Made by a program: the position numbers and the translations under genes. This document shows positions 38,440-49,489 of a DNA stretch of 64,000 bases, one piece after another. Each line of letters opens with the position of its first letter. Positions within the stretch are counted from its first letter, which is position 1. The DNA comes from Azolla caroliniana (lineage: Eukaryota > Plantae > Polypodiophyta). Under the pieces are notes generated by a model that was given only the letters and a program-made list of their open reading frames with translations, did no database searches and was not told the DNA's origin. The stretch covers positions 8,308,001 through 8,372,000 of the forward strand of contig JBHGNT010000001.1 in NCBI GenBank assembly GCA_043228905.1, in the 5' to 3' direction.

Positions 38440-40196
38440 TCCCGGCTCTCGCCACCGAGAGATTCACGGTTTCTCTCGTGGTTCGGCCGCACCGTCAAAA
38501 ATTGCACCGAATGGCGCCCGTCCTGGCTTTTGACCCTCGCGTAGGCCGAACCGTTGTCCAGCACCTTGGTCTCCATTCTCGCCGCCGTGATGTATGGTTC
38601 GCCTAAAATGACCGGATGCGAGGATGTCTCCTGTACGAAGAAGTGCTGGTCAATCTCGACGTCGCCGATCTTCACTTGCACATTCGGGCAGGCCCCGTGC
38701 AGTTCCTCGGTGGCGCGCGTCGCCGCCCGTATCTTCCACCCGTGCTTGGTGTTGATCGGCCACTTCCCCTTCTTATAGAAGTCCATGGACATTAGGTTTA
38801 TTTCCGAACCGTGGTCCACCAACGCTACCACCGGTTCCTTAACACCTCCGATTTTTACCGGGGTCTCCGTGGTCGCTCGGGCCCAGTGTGGCCTCGAATA
38901 GTGGCTCTCCGCCCACTCATTTGCCAGCGCCAAGTCGTCGATGTGCGTCGTCCGCACCTCTACCGGTCTTTCCGGATCCGTCTCCGTTGACAGCCTCTTC
39001 CGTTTCACCAGGTCCACAATGGAGTCGTGGAATTCCTTCTTGGCGATCCCTAGCACCTCTCGCAATGACAGCTCCACTTTGCTGTCGAGGATCCGTTCCT
39101 CTAGGACCTTCCGTAGGTCCGTAGTCCTTTCTATTTCTGTCCCCAGTTGGTACCGGCCCTTCCTGGGGTTATCTTGCGGGCTGGACCCGCCGGCATCGTT
39201 CCGTCGTTGCCCGAATCGGGTCTCGTACCGTTGTGAGGGCCCGGCCGCTCCGGCTTTCCCTACTCGCTTATCTTCTACCAGAGCCTCGTAGTTCCGGCAA
39301 GCGGATTCTACGAAGCCCGTCTTCTCCTCGACCGGATCGCTCCACCCGGTTATTTCCCGGACCCGTCTCTCAGCGCGGTCCGTTTCATCTTTCCTCAGCT
39401 GCGCGCCGGCGAGGCCTTCCAGCATTGCCGACCAGGAACCGTCTTTAATCGCCCGCGTCAACTCCTCTAGCGCTGCTCCTCCGGACGAGCCATTGACCAT
39501 GCTGGTTGAAGCTGAACCGGTTTCGAGCCATTCCTGGGTTTCTTCCCTTCGCACTTGCGGCGCCGGTTCAAGCCTCCTTGCTGTAACAGAGCCCGCACCG
39601 GCCGCCCCGTTGTCAGCCCATTCTCGCCGTTTGTCGAAACGGCCACAGACTCTCTTAACCGCAGCCCAGTCGGTCGTCAACCCGTCTTCAGTTTCCAGCA
39701 AGGAGCCGACTTGATCCCGGTCCCGCTCGTCCACCGACTTGACGAACAGTAGGACCCGGCTCGTATCCAGGATAGTTCGGTCAAGCGCCGAAAGGCGCGC
39801 AAAGCGTTCTTCGAACTCCCGGAGGAGTGCCAACGCGTTTCTTCCTTTGCCGGGGGACTCCACCCATTCCATGAAGTCCCGTTTCGAAAGCCGGAGCGCG
39901 TCGTCCAACCCGTATTTCTCTAGGAGTCGGCCTTCGAACTCCTCCCAGGTACGGCTCTCCGCCCGTACCTCGAGCACCTCCGCATGGATGCTCGGCATCG
40001 CCACTCGAGGGAACCCGGCAAGACGCCTCTCTTCCGGAATGTCCCGCATCAGCATTTCCACCCCGTAGGACGCCAAATACTTCGTAGCATCCTTTCCGCT
40101 GAAACGGCCGATCGTACCGATGACCGCCTCAATGGCTCTGTCGAGGGCGCCGGTGCCCTCGCGTGTGCTCAATATCCGATCCACGGCCGAAGCCAT
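38430..40196 (-). CDS. gag: Element B gag-protease ORF (zinc-knuckle region apparently deleted; 5' end interrupted by a solo LTR)
   Basis: RFSGKDATKYL gag N-terminus; protease ALVDHGSEINLM...VILGEPY; ends GAG GAT TTT TAG. Confidence 0.85.
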   Translation of the reverse strand: MASAVDRILSTREGTGALDRAIEAVIGTIGRFSGKDATKYLASYGVEMLMRDIPEERRLAGFPRVAMPSIHAEVLEVRAESRTWEEFEGRLLEKYGLDDALRLSKRDFMEWVESPGKGRNALALLREFEERFARLSALDRTILDTSRVLLFVKSVDERDRDQVGSLLETEDGLTTDWAAVKRVCGRFDKRREWADNGAAGAGSVTARRLEPAPQVRREETQEWLETGSASTSMVNGSSGGAALEELTRAIKDGSWSAMLEGLAGAQLRKDETDRAERRVREITGWSDPVEEKTGFVESACRNYEALVEDKRVGKAGAAGPSQRYETRFGQRRNDAGGSSPQDNPRKGRYQLGTEIERTTDLRKVLEERILDSKVELSLREVLGIAKKEFHDSIVDLVKRKRLSTETDPERPVEVRTTHIDDLALANEWAESHYSRPHWARATTETPVKIGGVKEPVVALVDHGSEINLMSMDFYKKGKWPINTKHGWKIRAATRATEELHGACPNVQVKIGDVEIDQHFFVQETSSHPVILGEPYITAARMETKVLDNGSAYARVKSQDGRHSVQFLTVRPNHERNRESLGGESREDF

Positions 40197-40212
40197 GGCC
40201 TCTGCAAGATCC

Positions 40213-40874
40213 TGTTGGGAACTCGACGTTCCTTATGTCCGACGCTCGGCCACAACCGAGATTCTTTTCATACACAGAAAAACAGGTAATAAAACGCGAC
40301 ACAAAAGAGGAGAAGAAGAGGAGAAATGGTACACAGGAGGTATACGTGGAAAACCCCAAAATAGGGGAAAAACCACGGCAGCCCACAAGCTGCAAACTGT
40401 CACTATGCAGAAATATACAACAGTGAGATCACTGAGGCAACGACCTCGTGTTCTCAGATCTTCGCCACAGGCGGCGGTTACAACAGAGGCAACGACCTCG
40501 TCTCTCTCTCTCTCTCTCTATACAGTTGCGCGCTCTGATTTCTCCTTGCACCAACAAGAAAGAATAATCACAAGAATGACAACAACTAACTACTCACTAA
40601 AAGTTTGCCCTAAGTCATATTTATACTAATATGACTTTTCGGCTATTTACGAATGTAGCCTTCATGGGCTTCATCCGGCTCTGCGCAGTCGGGTACTCTC
40701 CATCCGGCTCTGCGCAGTCGGGTACTCCTCATCCGGCTTCCCGCAGTCGGGCCTACACCATCCGACTCTCCGCAGTCGGGTACTCCTCATCCGGTTTATA
40801 CCGTTTCCCATCCGGAGTTTGTTCGTCGGCACTGTTCTTCTCCCTTCCCATCCGGAGGGACCTGTCTACCAACA
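40213..40874 (-). mobile_element. Solo LTR (family H), 5-bp TSD GATCC, inserted at the start of element B gag
   Basis: TGTTGG...CCAACA ends; GATCC at 40208-40212 and 40875-40879; homologous to 55642-56533. Confidence 0.92.
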
Positions 40875-40912
40875 GATCCTACCCCCTCATCTTCTGCTCT
40901 TCTGCCGCCTCT

Positions 40913-40930
40913 TTCATGTCGGGTTCACCA
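40913..40930 (-). promoter_or_regulatory. Primer-binding site complementary to the 3' end of tRNA-Trp
   Basis: Plus strand ttcatgtcgggttcacca matches the plant cytosolic tRNA-Trp 3' end TTCACGTCGGGTTCACCA (recalled sequence) with one mismatch; related copy at 52186-52203. Confidence 0.8.
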
Positions 40931-40994
40931 AATATGTCAAGGTATTCCTCGCGGATGCGTGGAGTGAGGCGGGACCTCGGGGGTCCTGTACCGA

Positions 40995-41043
<49 letters not shown>

Positions 41044-44000
41044 CACTACGTGCGAGCGTAGATTCACAGGGACACGGCCCTTCGACGCAAAGACGCGAAT
41101 GGGACAGCGACACAGAAAACCACGAAAGTATGTATGTATTGACAAGACAAACAACAAGAACACGAGGACAACAAAACACGAAGCCGGTTACAACCGAACA
41201 GGCCGGCGGACAGATGCCGATACCTGTTCGTAAACGCACAGAAAGACGGGAACAGGTTGGAGGTGCTGCCGGAAGCACTCGGGCATTCCTTAGAGCAGCG
41301 CGGGCCTCCCGAAACCTGCACAGAAGGAAGCTATGGCGTTTGCAACCAGAAAGAGAGAGAGAAGCCTTCGCACGCAAACCGACAGCACTTCGTCCTCGAC
41401 TCTCCGCGATCCTTCTACCCTCCTCGTCTCCCTCCTTTTATAGGCAAAGAAGGAGTCGTTTCCCCTTTACTCCCTACCTACCGAATCTACCTAGGATCTC
41501 CTATGTACAACTTAAGGCGCACGTGCATGAAGAGTCGGTTTCTACGCTCCGGTACACCGATTCCGCTTGTGGACGGTTTTCTTCACGACAACGGGAAAGC
41601 CTTCACATTCTCGCCGGAAGAAATCGGGTGCGTAGACCCGACAGTCGTGAAGCCGATGGTGATATTCACGGTACCGCATGTACCATGGAATCTGAAGCCA
41701 ATTTCAGTACCAAGAGCTCACATCCTGGAGCTGATGTAGCTATTGAGGTAGAAAGTCGATATGGGCATCCTCGAACCGTCGAGTGCCCCGTACTCGAACC
41801 GGTGGTTTACTGTACCGAAGAAGAACGGGACGTTGCGCTTCATTCAAGACCTGCAGCCGGTCAACAGAGTGACCATTCAGAACGCAGGAATCGGACCAAC
41901 GATAGACGAGTTCGCGGAGGCCTTCGCCGGAAGGTTGATCTACTCGGTCGGTGATCTATACTCGGGGTACGATCAGTTCCAACTAGCAGTAGAGAGCAGA
42001 GACATTATGACGATGCGGACTCCTCTCGGCCTAGTACGGATGTGCACCCTGCCGCAAGGAGGGACGAACTCGGTGGCCCACATGGTGAATGCGATGAACA
42101 AGGTGCTGAGGGATTGTATCCCGGACGTCACCATGCCATTCTTGGACGACATCCCGATCAAGGCATGTCCGGTGGAGGAAAGGCACGAAACGATCGGACC
42201 GGACGGATGCCGGAAATTCGTGACGACACACATTGACGACTGCGAGAGGGTGCTGCAGAGGCTAGAGGACGCGAGGCTCACCTTCTCCGGGGAAAAATCG
42301 GCCTTCGGGCAATCAAAGATCATGGTCGTCGGACATCTATGCGGACCGTATGGCCGGAAACCGTCTCCAGCAAAGGTGGAAGCCATCTCCGCAATGAGGC
42401 CCGACTGTAACTCGGTCACGGAGGTATGGAGGTTCTTGGAAGCATGCGTGTTCTACCACATATGGATCCCACATTACGCCCACGTTGCCGAGCCGCTATA
42501 CGGGTTGCTAAAAAAGGGGCGAAAATTCGAGTGGCGAGACGAGCATACAGAGACAGTGCGAAAGATGAAGGAGGCTCTTGCTGAAAGGCACCTTGGAAGG
42601 CTGTCTATGAGAAAGGCACTCCCGTCTACATAACGATAGATACGAGTCCGACCGGGATCGGATGGGTCGTCAACCAAGAAGACGAGGACGACATCCGGTT
42701 CCCAATCCGGTTTGGCGCGAAGGTCCTCAGCGAGCGACAACGAGGATACGCCCAGGTTAAACGCGAACTCTAGGGTATTGTTTTGGCGGTAAAGGCCGAT
42801 AAAGACTATCTGATTGGGACAGAGGTGATTATCGAGACGGACTGCCTGCCGATTCTCGGCATGGTTTCCGGATGCGCAACCCCGGACCTGGCAATGCTCA
42901 AGTGGATAGCGTACATCAAGTCCCTGGATCCGGAAATACGACACATTTCCGGGAAAGACAATGCCATGGCTGACATGCTTTCGAGGGCGCGATTCAACGA
43001 CAAGGGCGGCATGGTTTCGGAGGACGAGGAAGTCGGCGTAGACTTCTTCGAGGCGGCTTACGTGACAACCGAGGGGGGAAGCACTCTGGCGCTCAACGAT
43101 TTCAACGAGAGCAAGTACGACGGGGAGTGGCTGCAGATTGGGGGATTCTTAAGGACAATGATGTCGGGCGCATCGTGGACAAGGGACGAGGCCAACCGTA
43201 TCCGGAAGAAAGCGTACAGGTTCTTTCTCCGGGACGGATACTTGTGGAAGCACCCGAAGAAGAGGGACGACATCCCGCTCTGAGTAGTGGCGATGAGGGA
43301 GGAACAAGAGGAATTGCTGAAAGCCTACCACGACAGCCCCTGGGCTGAACACCGAGGGACGTGGGCCACGTTTGAGAAACTAAAGGGGAAGTACTGGTGG
43401 CCAGGACTGTACCAGGACGTGCATCGGTTCGTGACAACTTGTGAGAGCTATCAGATGCACTCCATAGTCAGACATCGGGACGAGCTTCACCCCACTTACC
43501 CTCCGGCCATCCACTTCAAATGGATGGTAGATTTGGTGACGATGTCGATGGGCGTAGGACAGATGCGAGAGGACCTGACGAATCAGGTGGAAGGACAGGC
43601 CCTGCAGAACAAAACGACCGCGGCCGTGTGTCAGTTCCTGATCGAGGACGTGATATGCCAGTACGGGTGCGTCGAAAAGATAGTGGCTGACCGCGGGGAG
43701 TTGGACGCCGAAGAAGCCGAGGAGCTGTTCATCCGGTTGGGGGTCAAGCTCTCGCTCACCACAGCGTACAATCCGGGGGCAAACGGGAAGGTAGAGCGCG
43801 GGCACGGGCCAATCGTCAAAGCGCTAGTCCGGGCATGCGGAGACCAGGTCGGGAACTGGCCGCGGCTGTTACCCTATGCCTTGTGGGCGAACCGGACAAC
43901 GCACAGTACGGTAACCGGGTTCATGCCGTCGGAACTCATATTCGGACAGAAGCCGATCATGCCGATGGAATGGACGATCTCCTCTTGGGCGACAGTAGAC

Positions 44001-45169
44001 TGGAGCGATGAAATGAGTCGGGAAGAACTGCTAGCGGCGCGTATACGGCAGCTCGAGCGGAGGCCAGAGGACGTGGAACGAGCGGCGGAGAGACTTCGGG
44101 TGGCGAGGATGAAGAACAAAGCCCGGTTCGACCGGACGCACCGGGTCCGACCGAAGAAAATCGAGGAAGGCCACTGGGTGCTAGTTTACGACAGCAGCCT
44201 CGACAACCAACACCGAGCAACATGGAAGTTCGCGAAGCGGTGGTTCGGGCCTTACGTGGTAACGAGCGCCAACGAAAACGGGACGTATCACCTGGCGGAA
44301 CTCGACGGTACGAGGATGGCGATGCCGGTAGCAGGGAAGCGGGTCAAAGTGTTCAGGAAACGCCACGACAACGAACCGGATCTAAGAGGCATGGACAGCG
44401 AAGACGAACAGTCCGAAACGGAGGGTGAACCGATGGACGAAGAAACGGGACCCAGACCGGTTTTCTCCAACCAGAAACCAATTTTGGTGCATACCGGTGG
44501 ATGCGCGGTTAGGTGGGGGCGGACGTCGTGAAGAAAACCGTCCCCTGGCGCAATCGGTGAATAGCGCACATGAACCGGCCTTTCACGTGTGCGCACTCTT
44601 AATGTATATAATAGAGAATTAGGTACAGAGAGAGATCCGGGGTAGTTAGATTCGGTAGGTAGGAAGTAAATGAGGGAGACGGCTCCCTTCTTGACGCTAT
44701 AAAGGAGAGGGAGACACAGGGAGAATAAGGGGGATTGAGGAGGACGAAGTGCTGTCGAACCGGAACCGAACGCTTCTCCTCTGTCTGTTCTCTGTTGCCC
44801 TTCTCTGCAGGTTTCGGGAGGCTCGCGCTGCTTCGAGGAACGCCCGTGTGCTTCCGGCAGCACCTCCATCCTATTCCCATTTCGTGCGTAGACGAACAGG
44901 CATCGACATCTGTCCGCCGGCCTGTTCGGTTGTAGCCGCTCGCGTGTTCTGCTGTGTACTCGTTATTCGTTAATATACAAACACTTGTTTCTTCCTGTCT
45001 CTGTGTCCATTCGCGTCTTCTGTGTTGACGGGCCACGCCCCTGTGTTTCTTTGCTCATACGTGACCGGGTGTCTCTCTCCTTCTCTTTCCCCTTCTATCA
45101 CCTACTCTTCGGTTCAAGACCCCGGTGGTCCCGCCTTGTTTCTCCACGCACGCACGTAACAACGCGACA

Positions 45170-45410
45170 ACGGTTCAGCGACTCATCTCAGGCTTGAGCT
45201 TGCTTAAACGGTTAGAGCTTGGTTTGGTTCTACTTGGGCCAAATTGGTTTGGCGGTTTATTGACTCGTCTCAAGCTTAAGCTTGCTTAAACGGTTTGAGC
45301 TTGATTCAGTTCGACTTGGGCCAAACCAATTTAGGCTTAACTGGTTTGGTTTGGTTTGGTCAAGGTTTGAGAACCCCCAAACCGGTTAAGCCTAAACATA
45401 ACCATTGCAA
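45170..45410. mobile_element. Probable terminal remnant of a hAT-like non-autonomous element, with an ~80-bp tandem duplication
   Basis: AAACCG/GGTTT subterminal-type motifs; ends ccattgcaa, resembling the TIR of 47309-48127; other end not found. Confidence 0.4.
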
Positions 45411-45599
45411 TTCCTACTAACAACCATTGATTAAAGGACAATATAAAAACATAAAATATAACTCAATGTACCATTATCCATACCATTGAATATCACCTAG
45501 GATAGAATGAGAAGGTTGAATGACTTCAACCACGTCAATATTGACTCAAGACAACATTACAAACATTTGTAGCAAAAGTAGCCGCAATTTGTAGATTTA

Positions 45600-46268
45600 G
45601 CCATGAGAGTTATTGATGTCCGAAAAATGATTGCCGATTTACAATTGCAAAGGTCGGAGTTTTGGTATCATAAATCCTTTGCAAGATGGATTAGACAAGA
45701 TGATATGGTTTGTAAACAATTCTTTCAACCTCATCAAACTAAATCTCATAAGCCTCAACCAACAAACATGAGGCGTTTAGATGGATCTTTTACATAAGAT
45801 ATTGTAGAGATGAGGGATATAGCAGTTCCTTTCTCAAGAAATAGTTTGATTAAGAGGGATTATGTTTGGGCTTCGGTTTCTAATCGAGTTTGGTCTCAAA
45901 TGCAGATTGCTTTGCTTGCTCCATTGCAAACTTTGGAAGTTCTGTTACCAGCTACGATGCTAGGTAAGGATGTTTGTCCAGGTATTGATGGGATGGGGGC
46001 TTCATGGTATATGGAGTATTGGGATATGATTGGCAATGTTTTGGCTTCTGCATACCAACAAATTCTTGATCAGGGTTATATGCCTCAGGAATGGATAGAG
46101 GGCCTAATTTATTTGATTCCGAAGGGGGATGACCCTTTGCATGATGTTCGAAAATGGATGCCTTTAACACCACTTAATGTTGTGTATAAGATTCTAGCTA
46201 AAACAATAGAAAGGAGATTACAACCATTTTTACCTCATCTAATTCAGGATTCGCGGACGAGTTTTGTA
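45600..46268 (+). mobile_element. L1-like LINE ORF2 fragment (start of RT), truncated
   Basis: CPGIDG...YWDMIG...GLIYLIPKG...WMPLTPLNVVYKILAK...LPHLIQDSRTSFVP. Confidence 0.85.
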
Positions 46269-46269
46269 C

Positions 46270-48335
46270 CGAATCGACCTCTTCTACCACCTCGACCTCG
46301 TGCTCGGCCCCCATCCAAATTTGAGAAGAACATTTGTCCTTCCGACGTCTTGGTCTTGGTTCAAATGTGGTTCTCTTCGACCAATAACATTGATTGGAGG
46401 TCGAAGAATGAAGGAGGGTTTTCCCTCACTAAGATTGTTGTCCTCAACGAGTCGAATAGTTGTGCGAGGATGCCCAAGCATACTTGAACCATCTCAACCT
46501 CGTCGATGTTTATGTTGATGGAGCCAAGCGAGTCACAAATGCTCTTTATCTTGGTGGTGTAGTCCGACACAGACATATCTCTTGCCGAATGTTGTTCAAC
46601 TCTTGTCAGAGTTGAAGCTTTCAAGCAGTCGTGTTGGCGGCGAACATTTTATTTAAATTCGCCCACGCTTCTTTAGGCGTCTTGGTGTCTCGAATATGGC
46701 TAAGCATGTGGTCGTGGACACATGTTGCCAAGCAATACATGACTCAAGTCGCCGCTTGCTCCCATGTTGAGTAGTCAGTGGTCTTTGGGTTGGGTCGAAT
46801 TTCTTGTCCGTTGTTGATGTAGTTCCAATACCCTTGGCTGACGAGGTATTGGTTCATCTTGTACTCCCAAGATGAATAATTGCTCCGGTCTAGCTTTTCA
46901 CTAGGGAGCGAGCTACCCATTTGTGTGTTCATTTTGACGTAGTGTGTTCCTTCTCCTCTTTTCTTCCTTCGATCACGTGCTACGTAGCAACACTACGGTA
47001 GCAGATAGCCAAATTTTGTCGTCGGCATTTCGAACACACAATCACAGAGTCGGGTGGGCTTAGTGGATTTTTTAGACCACACGCTTTGATACCATGTTAA
47101 GAAGTAGGTAATTAACTACGGGTTAATTAATACCTAATTATGTGATTAAGCTAAGTGGAAGATTAAGTGATATGTGGGTGAGAGGAAGAGAGAGAGGAAG
47201 TTACACTTATGAACAACATAAGATGGGGGATGATTAACTCTATATTAAATTAGCATCATCAAATACAAAAATACCCACTATCAGGCATATATAGATCTCA
47301 TATGCAAGTAGCAATGGGCCCGGTTCGGTTTCTTGGTCTTGAAACCAAACCAAACCAAACCATTTATTAATAATAAAAACCGAACCAAACTATTTTAAAA
47401 TTTAGGAAGCCATTTAAACCGACCCGTTTAGAGCCGAACCGTTAAACCAAATCGTTTAAAGCACAGGAGAAACCAAACCATTTAAAACCAAACCAAACTA
47501 GTTCATCAAAAATCAGAACCAAACCAAACTAGTTGATCAAAAATCAGAACCAAACCAAACTAGTTGATCAAAAATCAGAACCAAACCAAACCAAACCATT
47601 TTTTATTGATATTAATCATTATACTTATTATAAAATTGTGTGAGAAAATCATCATAAATTTATTCATCATACTCATCATAAAATTTGTCATCATACTTAT
47701 CATAAAATTTGTCATCATACTTATCATAAATTTGATCATCATACTAATCATAAATTTGATCATCATACTAATCATAAATTTGATCATCAAACTTATCATA
47801 ATTGATCATCATAAATGAAAAAGAGACTGTACATATAATACATATAAAATGTAATAAGTTAAAACAAGAGTTTAAAATTAAAAGTTGAAAGTTATAGCCT
47901 ATAGAAAATATTTATGAGTATTTTTTAACCTATAAACCTTTAAACTGAACCACATAAACAGAAACCGATAAGCCGCTAAACCGGTCAATTCAAAACCGAA
48001 CCGAACCGAAACCGATTAGTAACATTTGAAACCAAACCAAACCGTTTATTTATCTTTGAACCTATAAACCGTTAAGCCACGGTTTTTTGGTTCGGTTCGG
48101 TTTGAGCTGAAACCGGGCCCATTGCTATGTGCAAGGGTGCACATGTGTAAGGAGAATATAGGTACAAGGGTGTAAGTCCTATATTAGATGTACTTGGGAG
48201 TGGAGGATCTAGAATATCCCACTTAAGTACAAGGTCCTATATGTAAGGCGTTATAGTCAACACTTCTAACTAGGTAACTACGAAGTTACATGGTTGACTA
48301 ACTAACTAAACTAAGTTGAGCTTGATCTCTCAACA
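46270..48335 (-). mobile_element. Truncated Copia: 5' LTR 47095-48335 (interrupted by a hAT element), PBS and decayed gag
   Basis: PBS tggtatcaaagc at 47094-47083; gag LPSEKLDRSNYSSWEYKM...SFFDLQSMLLVEENH is homologous to the 33578 Copia gag; LTR ends tgttaaga...tctcaaca. Confidence 0.85.
47309..48127. mobile_element. Non-autonomous hAT-superfamily DNA transposon (MITE-like, 819 bp)
   Basis: 17-bp TIR tagcaatgggcccggtt / aaccgggcccattgcta; 8-bp TSD tatgcaag (47301-47308) / tgtgcaag (48128-48135); AAACC(G/A) subterminal arrays; internal 24-bp and 29-bp tandem repeats. Confidence 0.9.
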
Positions 48336-48511
48336 CTCTCTATATGTGTGGGGTGTAAAGTACCTTATTAAATCACTCTACCTAGTATTCAACGCACAAA
48401 GGTATTTACATATGTTTGTACATAAAGGCTAGTTCGTGTGCATCCATGCACGCCCCCGTTCCCGCGCCCTTCGGCCCCTTTTTCTCCTAGTAGCTTGAAT
48501 TCCCCATGACA

Positions 48512-49489
48512 ACGTCCAATCACATGACGTCTCACGAAGATTGGTTCTGAGAGTTGAGAAATCCTGATTGAACCAGCTATGTCAAAACTGGAGATGACAC
48601 AACTCACTCAATTCAACATATCAAAAATGTCCCATTCAAGCATACCTCAACAATGTGTTGCATGTCCAACAACCATCATGAAAAACCTGGTCTCGGGATT
48701 GTCGAACAAGGGATATAAGTACGATTCAATAACGAAGGGTGCTTTATTGAGAAAGAAGGCCAACTAGTAGCTCACGGTCAAAGAGAAGGCCGAATGTTCA
48801 TCCTCGAATCAAACGAGGTAAAGTCGGCTATGTTTGCGAAAGGCCTCAAAGTCGAAATTGACTAGAACCTATGGCACAAGCGAATTGGCCACATCAATTT
48901 CCAAAAGCTTAAAGGAATGCAATCAAAAGGAGTCATAATCAGACTCTCGACATTTACTGAATACGAGATTGCAAGAGTTTGGTAAACAACACCGACAACC
49001 ATTCCCGAAAGAGAGGAATGTGAGCAAAGGGATCCTGGATATAGTACATTCAAATGTATGGGGATCGGCACAAACAACCACATTCGGCGGATGCCAATAT
49101 TATGTCTCATTCATCAATGATTGCTCAAGGCTTGTTTGGATCTATCCTATGCGGCAAATCAACGAAGTGTTCGGACACTTCCAAAGGTTAAAAAACAAAG
49201 TCGAAAAGGCAACATGTCGGCATGTCTGATGCCTTCGATTAGATGGCGGCAAGGAGTATTTATCGGACGAATTTACGGTGTATCTCCGAAAGGAAGGAAT
49301 TCGACGAGAATTCTTGTGTTGACAGACACCTCAGCAAAACGAAGTAGCCGAACGAAAAAATCGGCACATAGTAGAGGTGGCAAGGGCCATGATGAACGAG
49401 AAACACTAGTCGAAATCATACTGGGCAGAAGCGGCTAACACGACCGTCTACCTCATGAATAGGTGTACAACCTCTGGGGTACACAACAT
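48512..49489 (+). mobile_element. Decayed Copia protease-integrase fragment
   Basis: SNHMTSHEDWF, LWHKRIGHINF, DIVHSNVWG, DGGKEY, VAERKNRHIVE, YWAEAANT with stops. Confidence 0.88.

Larger units (their letters stand above)
34977..41590 (-). mobile_element. Gypsy element B with two LTRs, tRNA-Trp PBS and 4-bp TSD ACGG, internally deleted, inserted antisense into its relative A
   Basis: 3' LTR 34977-35624 and 5' LTR 40935-41590 are near-identical; ACGG at 34973-34976 and 41591-41594; PBS at 40930-40913; PPT ggtggggcgga at 35635-35625. Confidence 0.96.
28126..45169 (+). mobile_element. Gypsy element A (non-chromovirus), 5'-truncated; host of a Copia and of Gypsy B; own sequence 28126-28165, 34022-34976 and 41595-45169; 3' LTR 44524-45169
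   Basis: EINLMSMDFYKKG|KWPINTKHGW is split by the Copia; GRHG|KAF is split by element B; RT (PFLDDIPIK), RNase H and integrase (KIVADRGE, NGKVERGH) at 41595-44531 with stops; PPT aggtgggggcgga then (C)GTCGTGAAG...CGCGACA. Confidence 0.92.

Noticed and set aside
40913-40930. tRNA-Trp-like sequence as a tRNA gene
   Set aside because: Only the 3' 18 nt including CCA, next to an LTR; this is a PBS
47564-47818. Hydrophobic Ile/Met-rich ORFs
   Set aside because: Translation of 24-bp tandem repeats inside the hAT element
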